From: Octopus vulgaris
Taxonomy: Eukaryota
DNA: 64,000 bases
Assembly (NCBI GenBank): GCA_951406725.2
Contig: OX597840.1
Span: 3,968,001 to 4,032,000, forward strand
Direction: 5' to 3'
In this document: in pieces, positions 15,051 through 28,205 of the stretch
Position numbering within the stretch: the first letter of the stretch is position 1
How the letters are laid out: each line of letters opens with the position of its first letter
The notes under the pieces: model-generated
Database searches by the model: none
Told to the model about the DNA's origin: nothing
Seen by the model: the letters and a program-made list of their open reading frames with translations, nothing else
Translations under genes and position numbers: made by a program

Positions 15051-15220
15051 TTAGAGACATTTCGTCAGTCTTTACGTTCTGAGTTCAAATTCCGCTGAGG
15101 TCGACTTTGCCTTTCATCCTTTCGGGGTCAATAAAATAAATACCAGTTGTGTACTGGGGTCGATGTAATCAACTAACACCCTCCCTGAACTTGCTTTGCC
15201 TTGTGCCAATATTTGAAACC
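15049..15220 (+). mobile_element. SINE family S2, 5'-truncated. More decayed copies at ~15690-15890(+), ~15965-16105(-) and ~16180-16275(+)
   Basis: B-box GAGTTCAAATTC followed by GAGGTCGACTTTGCCTTTCATCCTTTCGGGGTC.ATAAA.TAA.TACCAG, which resembles the Nin/Deu SINE core. Confidence 0.85.
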
Positions 15221-15246
15221 ATTATTATTATCATTATTATTATCAC

Positions 15247-15303
<57 letters not shown>

Positions 15304-17159
15304 CATCATCAAAGTTGCTCCTTGAAATAATACAGAGTAGTTTTTGTTTTTCCCCTCTGCATTCCGGGTTCAAATTCACCTGAGATTTGTTCTTTTCACG
15401 TTACATCCATCAAATGTTCAAGAAATATCGTACCACTCAAGTAATCGAGCGTTCGATCCCTTCTGTTATATACTCTTCACTCTTGTAGATGGAATATAGT
15501 AGATGTATGCCACGTTTTGAGTTCGAACATCGACATAGTCGACTTTCAACCGCTTAGGGTAAAATATACTGATGCGGATATATAATGACTTTTTCACACA
15601 CACACAAAGACACACATACACATACATACAAACTGATTTTGGTTTTGTATCTTAGAAATTGTAAATCGCGAGAGAAAAAGGCCATGGGGAACTGGCAGAA
15701 TGGCTAGAGCTTCAGAAAATCTGCTTTACGATATTTGTTCCAATTCTTTATTCTTTGGGTTCAATGCCAGCCGAGGTCAGCTTTGCTTCTCATTCTCCTT
15801 GGATCGATATAACAACGCACTAGTCAAGTGGCAATGTCGATTTCGTCGTCTAGTACCCCTCCCCTCAAAATTCTTGCTTTTAAATCTAAAACCGAAATCA
15901 TTATTGGTAAGGGCAAAAATGGTTTAGTACAGGGCTAAAATAAATATCTTAGTAAAGTCCCATCTCGTTCCACCTCGGCCGACATTACTTTCCATTTTTT
16001 TTTTTTTTTGAGATCGGTAAATAAGTAACAGTCAGGTTCTGGGGTCGATATAACCGATTCCCCGTCCTCAAGAACTGCTGACCCTGTGCCAAGAATTTGA
16101 GAATCACTATCATTAATCACATGGAAAATAGCAAAGACGGTGTAGTACTAAAAGCTTCATTTTAGTAAAATGCCATCACGTTATGAGTTCAAATCCTGCC
16201 GAGGTCAGCTTTGTCTTTTATCCATCCGGGGTCGATCAAAATAATGTACCAGTCAAATACTGGTGTCTATATAACTAAGTTCTCTTTTGGTCAATACTGA
16301 AGTCATTATTGTTGCCATTGTTGTTGTTGGTGGTGGTGTTGTTTCTGTCACCGTTGTTGATTTTGTTGTTGTTGTTGACGTTGTTGTTGTCGCTGTTATG
16401 AATAGTAGTGCTGCAACTACTATTTTATTTACGTGTTTTTTGTGCTTTAAATTTAAAAAAGAAAAAATTCCCCTAAATCTTGTCTCTTAAATTTTTAATA
16501 TTTTAATAACAATAAAACTTTGTAAAAAAAAAAGCTGTGAAAAAATATAAAAAAACATTTTGAAAAGCTTAAAAATGCTAAAGCAGAATTGAAACAAAAA
16601 TGCAAAAAATACTTAATCGTATTCAAAACTCCTTCCCGTGACTGGACTGAAAGCTTTCAAACACCCCCTCATATGAAAATTTAAAAAAAAAACATCAAAA
16701 GTCAAGAGCCAATTGGCCTCCCCGCCTGGTCCAAAATGTCAAATGACCAAAATATCAAAATGATAAAACGTTAGAATTCCAAATTCCTATAACAAAATTA
16801 TTTCAAACAGATATAAGCTTAAAGCTTTTCAACTAATGTCTTGCCTAAAATCGTTCAAAATATTAAATATGAACATTTATTAATATTATTACTAATTTTT
16901 TGTCTCTCTCTCTCTCTCTTTCTAATTATTTTTTTAAAAAAACAAACGTTCAGAGGACTGCTTGAAAACAAAAATCCAAAACAATTTCAAAAGGTGATGG
17001 ATATAATATATAAATTTGGGTCAACAAAAATTTTTTTTATTATTATTATTCTTATTATTATTATTTCTTATATTATTATTCTTAATAAATATTTTATAAA
17101 TATTTGCTGATTTAAATTGAATAAATAACGTTTATTTAATTAAATCTTTATGTTATATC

Positions 17160-17664
17160 TATTTATCTATCAAACAATTATATATGTTCGTGTATATATA
17201 AAAACATATATATATATACATATTTATGTATCTTTCTATATAAATATGCCTGTATATATATATACATATGATTAAGCATATACATATATGTACATGTATA
17301 CATGTATATATACACATATGTGTCCGTATGTATAAAAATATATGCATGTTTACATATACATATAAATATATACATGTGTATATATGTACATATATCAAAA
17401 TACATATGTGCATATATATGTAAATGTATGTATAAATGTATGAACATATATATATACATGCTTATATTTATAAGTATATATATATATATGCAATCATTTA
17501 AACATATATTTCAGTGTATGTATGTATACATACATACATATATGCATATATTTACATATATTAACGGGAACGTTCGGACAAAAATAAAATAAAAATATAT
17601 GGACATATATACTTGTATATATATTTAATTATATATACATACATGCATATATATGCATATAGTC

Positions 17665-17730
<66 letters not shown>

Positions 17731-18581
17731 GTATGTATATATATACATATATATTATATGAATATGTTTATAAACATATGTATTGCTAAAGCAATTCATA
17801 TACACATATGCAAAATATGTATATGTATATATACATAAATTGTATATTTATATTTATATATGCAGATATATATACATACATATATATTTATATCTATAAT
17901 TATTTTCGTGCGTGTACTTGCACATAATTTTATAACTATAAATGTATGTTTATAACGAAATATATAAATAAATAAAATATTTAAATCATATATAAATATA
18001 ATAAATAACATATATATATGCATATATTTATATGTATATATATATTGATGTTATGTATACGTATGTATACATATATATATTCAATTTATATTTGTATATA
18101 TATGCACATATATATACATCTATAAATATATATATATACAAATATAAATATATATACATATATATACATGTATAAATACAGACATGCATATATATATTGA
18201 TATATATATAAACTAAAATTCATATATATTTATATATAGCGTATATGTAACAATGATATACATATACCTATATATACATATATATACATCTATATATATA
18301 TGTATGCACATATATATATATTTATGTATATATAAATACATCTATATATCTATATATATATACATATATATTATATATGTATACTTATATATATGTAGAT
18401 AAATACATTTATATGTAAATTCATATATGTGTATATATATGTATGTGTATATGTATATATATTTATAAGTATATATACATATATCTATATATACGTATAT
18501 GTATATATGAATGCGTATATAAATATATATATGTGTGTGTATGTGCATGCATATATGTATATATGTATATATATATAAATG

Positions 18582-18614
<33 letters not shown>

Positions 18615-18680
18615 GTATGTATATATATATATGTCTGTATATGTATATATATATATATGTGTATATATATATACATCTTA
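17160..18680. repeat. Long degenerate (TA/CA/TG) low-complexity tract
   Basis: Almost entirely alternating purine-pyrimidine sequence. Confidence 0.9.
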
Positions 18681-19345
18681 AAATGTGTATTAAAATATTT
18701 ATAAATGTTCTGTTGTCCCACCACCTCGTACATAAAATTCAAATTACCTAATTTATATGTATAACTTATGGTGATGACTTAAAATTCTGATGACTTAAAC
18801 AAAAATCAAATAACAACGACACAATTTTTAAATCTAAATGTTATAAAAAAAACTTTTAAATACTTTAATTTTAAAAAATGAAAAAGCATGAAATAACAGC
18901 AGCCTCTATTATTTTTGAAATAAAATATTTTAATAAAATGAAAAAAAAAATTAATATTGACCAAAATGAATCCAAAAGTCAAATCGAGAAAGGAAAAAAC
19001 ACCATTTTTCTTTCTCATCAAACTGAAATATTTTAATGCCAAATTTTAAATCAAAAGCGTAATTTAAAACTGTAAAAGAAAACAGTATAATAATGATAAG
19101 AATAATTATAATTATGAACATAATCATAATTATAATCCATAAAAATTTCAATTTTATAATACCTCAAATTTAAATTGTCAAATCCGGTTTAACTAACATC
19201 TCAAAAGTAAGTCATATGAAAACAATGGATGTAATCCGGGAAATATATATAACATGAGATTTAACTTCCAAAAATCTCGTAACCCAAACGAACACTATAA
19301 ATATTTTAAACACTGATTCTGCACGTATATATGTGTATATGTATA

Positions 19346-19376
<31 letters not shown>

Positions 19377-19591
19377 GTATGCATATATATATGTATGTAT
19401 ATATATAAATGTATGTATGCATATATATATATACGTATGTGTACATATATGTATACATACGTATATATATTCATGCATACATGCATACGTATTTACATAT
19501 ATACGTGTATGTGTGTGAGTAAAAATATACGTATATCTATATTTATCTATATAGATACAATACGTGATCATGTATGTATATGTGTATGGGA

Positions 19592-19632
<41 letters not shown>

Positions 19633-20104
19633 CACATGTATATACATAAATATGAATAAATGTGTGTTGATTGAGAGTGTTTGACTAATTTTGTGTATAC
19701 GAATAAAAGTATATATACATAGATATATATATATACATTATACAAAAATATATATAGATATATGTGTGTATATATGCGTATATATGTACTATACATACAT
19801 ATATATACATATATCTAAACCTAAATTTTCATTAACTTCTGGTCAAATATTTGCATATTGACAATAACCATGTATATATATGTGTGTCAGTGTGTATGTG
19901 TGCGCGAATGCGTGTATGTATATGTGTGTGTATTTAAGTGAACATATATACATGTATATATATATATAGATATATATATATGTATATAAATGCAAGTATA
20001 TGTGTGTGTGTGAGAGTGCGTGTGCGTGTGTGTACACACAAAAAATTATGAACCATTTTTAAATGAAAATTTTCACAAATTATGTTGTAAAAATTGTACA
20101 TTCA

Positions 20105-20460
20105 TGTTGCTATTGTTATTATGATGAAGTTGATGATGATGATGATTATTGTTAGTATTATTAATTTGATGACGTTGTTGATGATGATGATGATGATGAT
20201 GATAATGATGGTGAGCACAGCGACGCCGATGGCGAAAATGACGAAGTTGACCATGACTTCCAAGTCGACGACATTGGTGATGATCAAATTGATGTTCATG
20301 ATGATGACGACGATGACGACGACGACAATGATGATGATGATGATGATGAAGGTGATGATGATGAAGGTGATGATGATGACGATGATGATAGTGATGCCGA
20401 TGACAACGATAATAATGGTGACTACGAAAACATTGGCACTGACGGTGATGCTGGTAATGT

Positions 20461-20511
<51 letters not shown>

Positions 20512-20615
20512 CAACGACAGCGATAATGAAAAAGAAGAAATCGATTATATCTGTGACGGCGGCGATGATGATATTGGCAACAATGACGACGATGAACTTC
20601 CAGATGATAATGGTT

Positions 20616-20649
<34 letters not shown>

Positions 20650-20660
20650 CGATGATTAAG
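20105..20660. repeat. Degenerate (GAT)n trinucleotide tract
   Basis: Phase-preserving GAT/GAC/GGT/AAT triplets over ~550 bp. Confidence 0.9.
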
Positions 20661-20838
20661 GTTGTAAATGGGTACATGTATTACTACTATTAACAATAAT
20701 ATCAACAATAAAATTATAATAGTGCCATTATCAATATTATTATTATTGTTGATATTACAGTATTCATGTCCATTATTATTATTATTATTATTATTATCAC
20801 TACAATTATTATTACTTTTTCAGTGATGTGGTATGTTA

Positions 20839-20909
<71 letters not shown>

Positions 20910-20941
20910 CATATATATATATATACATATATATACATATG

Positions 20942-21009
<68 letters not shown>

Positions 21010-21593
21010 TATATGCTGTTCGTTCGAAATACTGGAATGTGACCGTCATCAGAAACTTTTCTTTGATACATAATTTCGCATTTTCCAAAATTTACCTCCG
21101 CCATCTTTTCCTCAGAATTCCACGTCACCCACCCACCCCCATGTTCTAATTATATTCATATGCACCACCTCCACTACCGCCACTGCCTAACTGTACGCCA
21201 CGACCTCCAGTGCAGTCAAATTTCGTTTCCTTCCTTGTTGCTCCTCAGGATGAATCTTATGAGATAAGGTAAGCGCCTTCGTTTTGTTTATTGGTTCGCC
21301 ATTTTGTAACTTTGCAGATACTAGATAGATAGAATCGTAATAATAACTTCAGAAAACGTGATTCTGCTGAGAAAATAAATAAATCCACTCGATATCATGG
21401 CTGCGGTTGGGACAAGAGAAATAATTTCAAATGAGAACAAGAATCTCAATGACTGTAAAAATACTTGTGTAGTCAAACTAAATCCAAAGACGAGACTAGG
21501 CAAGAACCAGATGACCACCGAGAGAAAAAAGGGGAAAAAATCATTTTATACTTTCATTCTAGTAAATTCCCAGATATTTGCCCATTAATTGCA

Positions 21594-22875
21594 CGTTGAC
21601 TAGTTCAATTTCGTTTAACGTCGACTAGTTCAAATTCGTTTAACGTCGACTAGTTCAATCTCGTTAAACGTCGACTAGTTCAATCTCGTTTAACATCGAC
21701 TAGTTCAATTTCGTTTAACGTCGATTAGTTCAATTTCGTTTAACGTCGACTACTTCAATCTCGTTTAACGGCGACTAGTTCAATCTCGTTTAACGTCGAC
21801 TAGTTCAATTTCGTTTAACCTCGACTAGTTCAATCTCGTTAAACGTCGACTAGTTCAATCTCATTTAACCTCGACTAGTTCAATTTCGTTTAACGCTCGA
21901 CTAGTTCAATTTCATTTAACGCTCGACTAGTTCAATCTCGTTTAACGCCGACCAGTTCAATTTCGTTTAACGTCGACTAGTTCAATCTCGTTTAACGTCG
22001 ACTAGTTCAATTTCATTTAACGTCGACTAGTTCGATTTCGTTTAACGTTGACTAGTTTAATTTCGTTTAACGCCGACTATTTCGATTTCATTTAACGTCG
22101 ACTAGTTCAATCTCGTTTAACGCCGACTAGTTCAATTTCGTTTAACATCGACTAGTTCAGTCTCGTTTAACGTCGACTAGTTCAATTTCGTTTAACCTCG
22201 ACTAGTTCAATTTCGTTTAACCTCGACTAGTTCAATTTCATTTAACGCTAACTAGTTCAATCTCGTTTAACGCCGACCAGTTCAATTTCGTTTAACGTCG
22301 ACTAATTCAATCTCGTTAAGCGTCGACTAGTTCAATTTCATTTAACGTCGACTAGTTCGATTTCGTTTAACGTCGACTAGTTCAATCTCGTTTAACGCCG
22401 ACTAGTTCAATTTCGTTTAACCTCGACTAGTTCAATTTCGTTTAACCTCGACTAGTTCAATTTCGTTTAACGCTGACTAGTTCAATCTCGTTTAACGCCG
22501 ACCAGTTCAATTTCGTTTAACGTCGACTAGTTCAATCTCGTTAAACGTCGACTAGTTCAATTTCATTTAACGTCGACTAGTTCAATTTCGTTTAACGCCG
22601 ACTAGTTCGATTTCGTTTAACGTCGACTAGTTCAATCTCGTTTAACGCCGACTAGTTCAGTTTCGTTTAACGTCGACTACTTCAATCTCGTTTAACGTCG
22701 ACTAGTTCAATTTCGTTTAACGTCGACTAGTTCAATCTCGTTAAACGTCGACTAGTTCAATTTCGTTTAACGTCGACTAGTTCAATCCTCGTTTAACGTC
22801 GACTAGTTCGATGTCTTTTAATATTGACTAGTTCGATGTCTTTTAATATTGACTTGTTCTGTCTCGTTAAACGTG
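21594..22875. repeat. 25-bp CpG-rich tandem satellite, ~50 units, consensus TAGTTCAAT(T/C)TCGTTTAACGTCGAC
   Basis: Units read directly at 21601, 21626, 21651 ... 22829. Three 26-bp variants; diverged terminal units; no spacers. Confidence 0.97.
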
Positions 22876-23158
22876 AAGCAGTTCATGGTGGTGAGAGGGA
22901 AAAGGCCCACGCATCTATTTTCTGTTGGTTCAAAAGTTCTTTAACTTGAATACTAAGAATATTAGGTTCTTTACACGTCTACTACCATATCCTTCATGCC
23001 AGAAATTTGTAAATCGATTCCAAATATCTTGTCGATGTATTGAACCTCAAAAACATCCAATATTTTCACCACCTTATTTAAATTATTTGTCAAAACGCCG
23101 GTCTTTTTTGTAATTCTAAGAGGTTACCAAATGCTTTAATATATTTTAGTTCAACATA

Positions 23159-23358
23159 GGCGCGGACGTGACTGCGTGTGTAAGAGCTAGCTTCCCAGCC
23201 ACATGGTTCCGGGTTCAGTTCCACTGCGTGGTACCTTGAGCAAGCGTCTTCGGCTATAGCCTCAGGTCAATCAAAGCCTTGTGAGTAGATTTGGTAGACG
23301 GAAACTGAAAGAAGCCCGTCGCATATATATATATATATATACATATACACATACATAC

Positions 23359-23412
<54 letters not shown>

Positions 23413-23659
23413 GCATATATTTATGTGTGCGTGTCTGTGTTTGTCCCCTCACCACCGCTTGACACCTGATGCTGGTGTGCTTAGGTCCCCATATCTTGGC
23501 GGGTTGGGAAAAGAGACCGATAGAATAAGCACTAGGCTTACAAAGAATAAGTTCCGGGGTCCATTTCTTCGACTAAAATTATAAGCCTTTTAAGGCGGTG
23601 TTCCAGCATGGCCTCAGTCAGATGACTGAAACAAGTGAAAGAATGAAAATGTAAAAGAG
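23159..23659 (+). mobile_element. SINE S1, full length
   Basis: Head GGCGCGGACGTGACTG..CCGGGTTCAGTTCC, internal (TA)n, tail GGCGGTGTTCCAGCATGGCC..GACTGAAACAAG. Confidence 0.9.
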
Positions 23660-23756
23660 AATGCATCTAGCGATGCAATATCTGGATACATCATTAGCAT
23701 TTGTATCCTAAAGCCTCGTCCAAGCTGTCTGACCAGGGTCTATAATGAGCCCGTAT

Positions 23757-24220
23757 TATCGGCGAGCCGGCAGAAACGTTAGCACGCCGGGCGAAATGCG
23801 TAGCCGTATTTCTATTTCTTTACTACCCACAAGGGACTAAATACAGAGAGGACAAACAAGGACAGACAAACGTATTAAGTCGATTATATCGACCCCAGTG
23901 CATAACTGGTACTTATTTAATCGACCCCGAAAGGATGAAAGGCAAAGTCGACCTCGGCGGAATTTGAACTCAGAACGTAACGGCCGACGAAAAACCGCTA
24001 AGCATTTCGCCCGGCGTGCTAACGTTTCTGCCAGCTCACCGCCCTTTCATCGTTACGTTCCGAGTTCAAATTCCGCCGAGGTTGACTTTGCTTTTCATCC
24101 TTTCGGGGTCGATAAATTAAGTACCAGTTACGCACTGGGGTCGATGTAATCGACTTAATCCCTTTGTCTGTCCTTGTTTGTCCCCTCTGTGTTTAGCCCC
24201 TTGTGGGTAGTAAAGAAATA
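23757..24220 (+). mobile_element. SINE S2 with 16-bp TSD, interrupted by a nested inverted S2 copy
   Basis: TATAATGAGCCCGTAT at 23741-23756 and 24221-24236; head at 23761-23810, remainder at 24050-24220. Confidence 0.92.
23812..24045 (-). mobile_element. Full-length SINE S2 nested in opposite orientation inside another S2
   Basis: Reverse complement reads GGCGGTGAGCTGGCAGAAACGTTAGCACGCC...GTGGGTAGTAAAGAAATA. Confidence 0.92.
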
Positions 24221-24619
24221 TATAATGAGCCCGTATCCAAGTGGCATGCTATTGACCCCACCGATAACATTTTAACCATAACCTTACAGATTTTTCTTCT
24301 GCTCCTCAACGTTGTTTTTGTTCTTGACATTCCATCGGAATTGTTCTAGAATGATTTCTTAGGCAGTTATCTTTTCCTTAACAAAGACAATCTTCCTGGC
24401 TATCGTGAGGGCGCTTCTATTGCCACTGTTCTCCTTGCTGCCGACCTTAACCAAAGTATTCAGGACCTGGTTGTATCTCCAGTGATAGCATCCTTCACCT
24501 AGTGCCTTGGAGCAGCTGTTCGATGGTTCTTTTCTCAGGAGCCAATCAGATGTTTGCCCCCATGATCCATTTTATGTTTCTTTTTTTTGTCTTTAGAAAG
24601 TTCCAAATATTCTAATACA

Positions 24620-25020
24620 TTTTACTCTTTTACTCTTTTACTTGTTTCAGTCATTTGACTGCGGCCATGCTGGAACACCGCTTTTAGTCGAGCAAATCGA
24701 CCCCAGGACTTATTCTTTGTAAGCCTAGTACTTATTCTATCGGTCTCTTTTGCCGAACCGCTAAGTTACGGGGACATGAACACACCAGCATCGGTTGTCA
24801 AGCGATGTTGGGAGGACAAACACAGACACACCAACACACATATATATATATATACACATATACGACAAGCGTCTTTCAGTTTCCGTCTACTAAATCCACT
24901 CACAAGGCTTTGGTCGGCCCGAGGCTATAGTAGAAGATACTTGCCCAAAGTGCCACGCAGTGGGACTGAACCCGGTTGGTTGGTAAGCAAGCTACTTACC
25001 ACACAGCCACTCCTGCGCCT
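24620..25020 (-). mobile_element. SINE S1, full length
   Basis: Reverse complement of S1 from GGCGCAGGAGTGGCTGTGTGG to (GTAAAAGA)n. Confidence 0.92.
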
Positions 25021-25326
25021 ATATTAAGGGGGGTTTTTTAAATTACATTTTACTGTTTTAGTAGGAATTTCACAGAAAATATTAAAACACTTTCCAATCC
25101 TTATTCTATCGGGAACTCAATCACAAACCCTGTGTTAATTTTCCAGGATTTTGCCCCTCAAAATATAAAATGTTGAGCTTCTGTTGAGATGCATGTTACG
25201 TCCTCATGCAATGGTTGTTGCATCATTCAACAGCCACTACTTTACCACCATCTCCACCAGAACCTATATCACCATCAATACTACCACCACCGATTTTACG
25301 TTTAACCACATCACATGTCATTGTGA

Positions 25327-25485
25327 AGGCGTGTGGCTTAGTCGTTAGGGTGTTGCGCTTCCGATCGCGAGGTCATAGTTTCAATTCCTACACCGGCTGC
25401 GTGTTGTTTTCTTGGGTATAACCTTTCACTTTCACGTTGTTTCAGTCCGCTCAGCTGTAAGTGGGTAACATTGTGACGGATCGGT
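25327..25485 (+). mobile_element. SINE family S4 5' part. Other pieces at ~14350-14445(-), 26255-26335(+), 28695-28845(+), 29505-29578(-), 50283-50338(-) and 53405-53515(+)
   Basis: GTGGCTTAGTCGTTAGGGTG..GTTTCAATTCC..CACTTTCACGTTG..CAGT..CTCAGCTG, collinear with 36164-36423(-). Confidence 0.7.
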
Positions 25486-25898
25486 GTAGAAGTGTAAGAT
25501 GATAACTCAGGAAAACCAGCTGAATAGAGGGCTCGCGGGCCACGTTTTTGTTGTGTGGACGCCCCCAGACGATGAAGTAGGCTAGCCCAATACGTAGATA
25601 TAGAGTGAGAAGTCTAGACGTCAGTAGAGAACAGTTGAGTAGTAGCAGGGTAGAGAGTAGAGTTGAGTAGTAGAGGCATCCGAACGTGCGACAACAGTTT
25701 TGTTGACCGAAAAGATGAACAGTGCAAGTCGTACTTATGAACCCAGCTGGTTGGGACTGATGGTCCAACCGCGTCGAAGAATGAGGTACCCGCGTATGTG
25801 TGTGTGTATGTGTGTTTGTGTGTGTATCACTAAATAGTTTTGCTGTAAAAATATTGTTACACAACCTCACATGATATTAACGTTTTCCGATGGCAATA

Positions 25899-26206
25899 TC
25901 TTTATATATAAAACTGAAGTTGTGTGTGTGAGAGTCTGTCTCCTCCGATTTAGATTCCTAACTACTCCCACATTTTGCGGTGCAGTTTAACCAAAAGCGG
26001 GTATCTTAAAGTCGTGCTTCATATCGAGCCTTTCTGGGTATTAGCGCGCGTCTACGATGAGTCTACGAGGATAAAAAAAATTACCATCATTTTTTCGCAT
26101 TTTTAATGCATTTTTTGCTCGGTTTATGTAAGGGAAGTAACTCTCTAACAATGCTTATATAGTTATTTCCCTTACAAACGCGAGCAACGCCGGGCGATAC
26201 TGCTAG
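25899..26206 (+). mobile_element. Non-autonomous Helitron
   Basis: 5' A|TCTTTATATATAAAA and 3' CTAG|T. GC-rich subterminal imperfect hairpin CGCGAGCAACGCCGGGCG just before CTAG; no TSD; internal 16-bp inverted repeat at 26127-26176. Confidence 0.85.
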
Positions 26207-26595
26207 TAATTTATAAATTCCTGCCTGTCGCCTGTATTTACTCAATGCATGTGTCTGTTCTTGAGCAAGACACTTCATTTCACGTTGCTCCAGTTCACTT
26301 AGCTGTAAAGTGTAACCGTGTGACAGGTTGGCGTACATTAGTGAGATGGTGACTCAAGACCATCATCCGAAATGAGGTCCACGATCTACGTTTTGTATTC
26401 AGCGATCGGAAGAATGAATACTATAACCCTGTCCAGTAAATCCTGTCTGGTTCAGATTGGTGGCTTTAACTACAGTGAAGGATGGTGATGATGACGTTAT
26501 TAACACCACTGCGTCTACAGCGATTTCTACCAGGACAGATACTGCCTTCGTCTATACTACTAACCGCATGACTTGCTCTTACTACCACTATTTAA

Positions 26596-26819
26596 GGCGG
26601 CGAGCTGGCAGAATTGTTAGCACACTGGCCAAAATGCTTAGTGGCATTTCGTCTGCCGTTACGTTCTGATTTCAAATTCCGCCGAAGTCGACTTTGCCTT
26701 TCATCCTTTTCGGGCTCGATAAAACAAGAACCAGTGGAACACTAGGGGTCGATGTAATCGACTTATCCCCTCCCCCACAATTGCTGCACTTGTGGAAAAA
26801 TTTGAAACCGTTATTATTA

Positions 26820-26887
<68 letters not shown>

Positions 26888-27105
26888 TAGGCGGTGACCT
26901 GGCAGAATCGCTAGCACGCCGGACGAAATGCTTAGCGGTATTTCGTCAGCCCCCTATGTTCTAAGATCAGATTCCGCCGAGGGTGATTTTGCATTTCGTC
27001 CTTTCGGGGTGGGGGATCGACAAATTAGTTAGCTGTTGAGCACGGGGACCGATGTAATCAACTCATCTCTACCTCACCCGAAATTACTGGTCTTCTGCCA
27101 AAATT
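26596..27105 (+). mobile_element. Two tandem SINE S2 copies (26596-26808 and 26890-27105) separated by (TTA)n
   Basis: Each starts GGCGG(C/T)GA(G/C)CTGGCAGAAT and contains the B-box and the TTTGC.TTTC.TCCTTT core. Confidence 0.85.
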
Positions 27106-27589
27106 CTTAATCATCATTACCTATATTTTACCTCCATTCAATTATCGTTACCCACCTCTCACACTGCCCCTCTTTTATCTTACTTCAACATTACCATCAG
27201 TCCAACAGCTATCATTATCATCACTCAAAACCATGAAATTACCCACACTCCATTCCACCATCATCACCACCACCACCCCAGCAATCATCCTTACCACCAA
27301 TCCAACTATCACCATTACCACTACTATACCAATGCCGTCGTTTTACCATTACCACAAACTTACCATTATCACTATTTTGACGCCGCCACCATTTTAAAAA
27401 TAGACATTATCACCACTCCACCACCACCACCACTACTACAACAATAGTAATTGTTACCACCTTTTAACACCTTTACCAGCACTCGAGCATGTGCAACACT
27501 CCAACAACTACCATTTCTGCCACTCAAAGAACACTATTATCAAAACCCTACCATTACAACTCATCGTACAACCACTACTCAACAAACAC

Positions 27590-28205
27590 CATTACATTGA
27601 CTCAAACAAGCACAATAAACATCACTCAAACACCATTACCATCACTCAAAACAAGCGACATTACCAACACTCAGACAAAACTATTACCATCACTCAAACA
27701 AGTACCATTATTATCACTCAAGCAAGCATTATTATCATCACTCATGCAAGTACCATTACCAACACTCAAAACAAGAACCATTACCATCACTCAAATAAGC
27801 ACCATTATCATGACTCAAACAAACATTCTTATCATCACTCAAACAAGTACCATTACCAGCACTCAAAACAAGAACCATTACCATCACTCAAATAAGCACC
27901 GTTACCATCATTCAAACAAACACCATTACCATTACTCAAAACAAGCACCATTACCAACACTCAGACAAGACTATTACCATCACTCAGCAAGCACCATTAT
28001 CATCACTCAATCAAGCACCATTACTAACACTCAATCAAGTACCGTTACCATCATTCAAACTAACACAGTTACTATCACTCAAACAAGCACCATTATCATC
28101 ACTCAAACAAGCAGCATTACCACCACTCAACACGCACCTTTACCACCGCTCCAACAAGCGCCGTTTCAACCAATTCAACATCTACCGCTGCCATCACTCA
28201 AACAC
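27590..28205. repeat. Degenerate 24-bp minisatellite, consensus ACCATTA(C/T)CATCACTCAAACAAGC with some 25-bp units, preceded by (ACC)-rich low complexity from ~27190
   Basis: Repeated units read directly; they explain the Thr/His/Leu-rich ORFs at 27489-28250. Confidence 0.85.

Noticed and set aside
20073-20708. Poly-His, poly-Met and poly-Ile ORFs
   Set aside because: They are alternative frames of the (GAT)n tract.
21594-22875. CRISPR array
   Set aside because: Units are head-to-tail with no unique spacers, there are no cas genes, and the context is eukaryotic.
22880-24600. Non-repetitive spacers between SINEs as coding exons or a gag-like ORF1
   Set aside because: All frames have frequent stops; only a vague zinc-knuckle-like pattern is visible.
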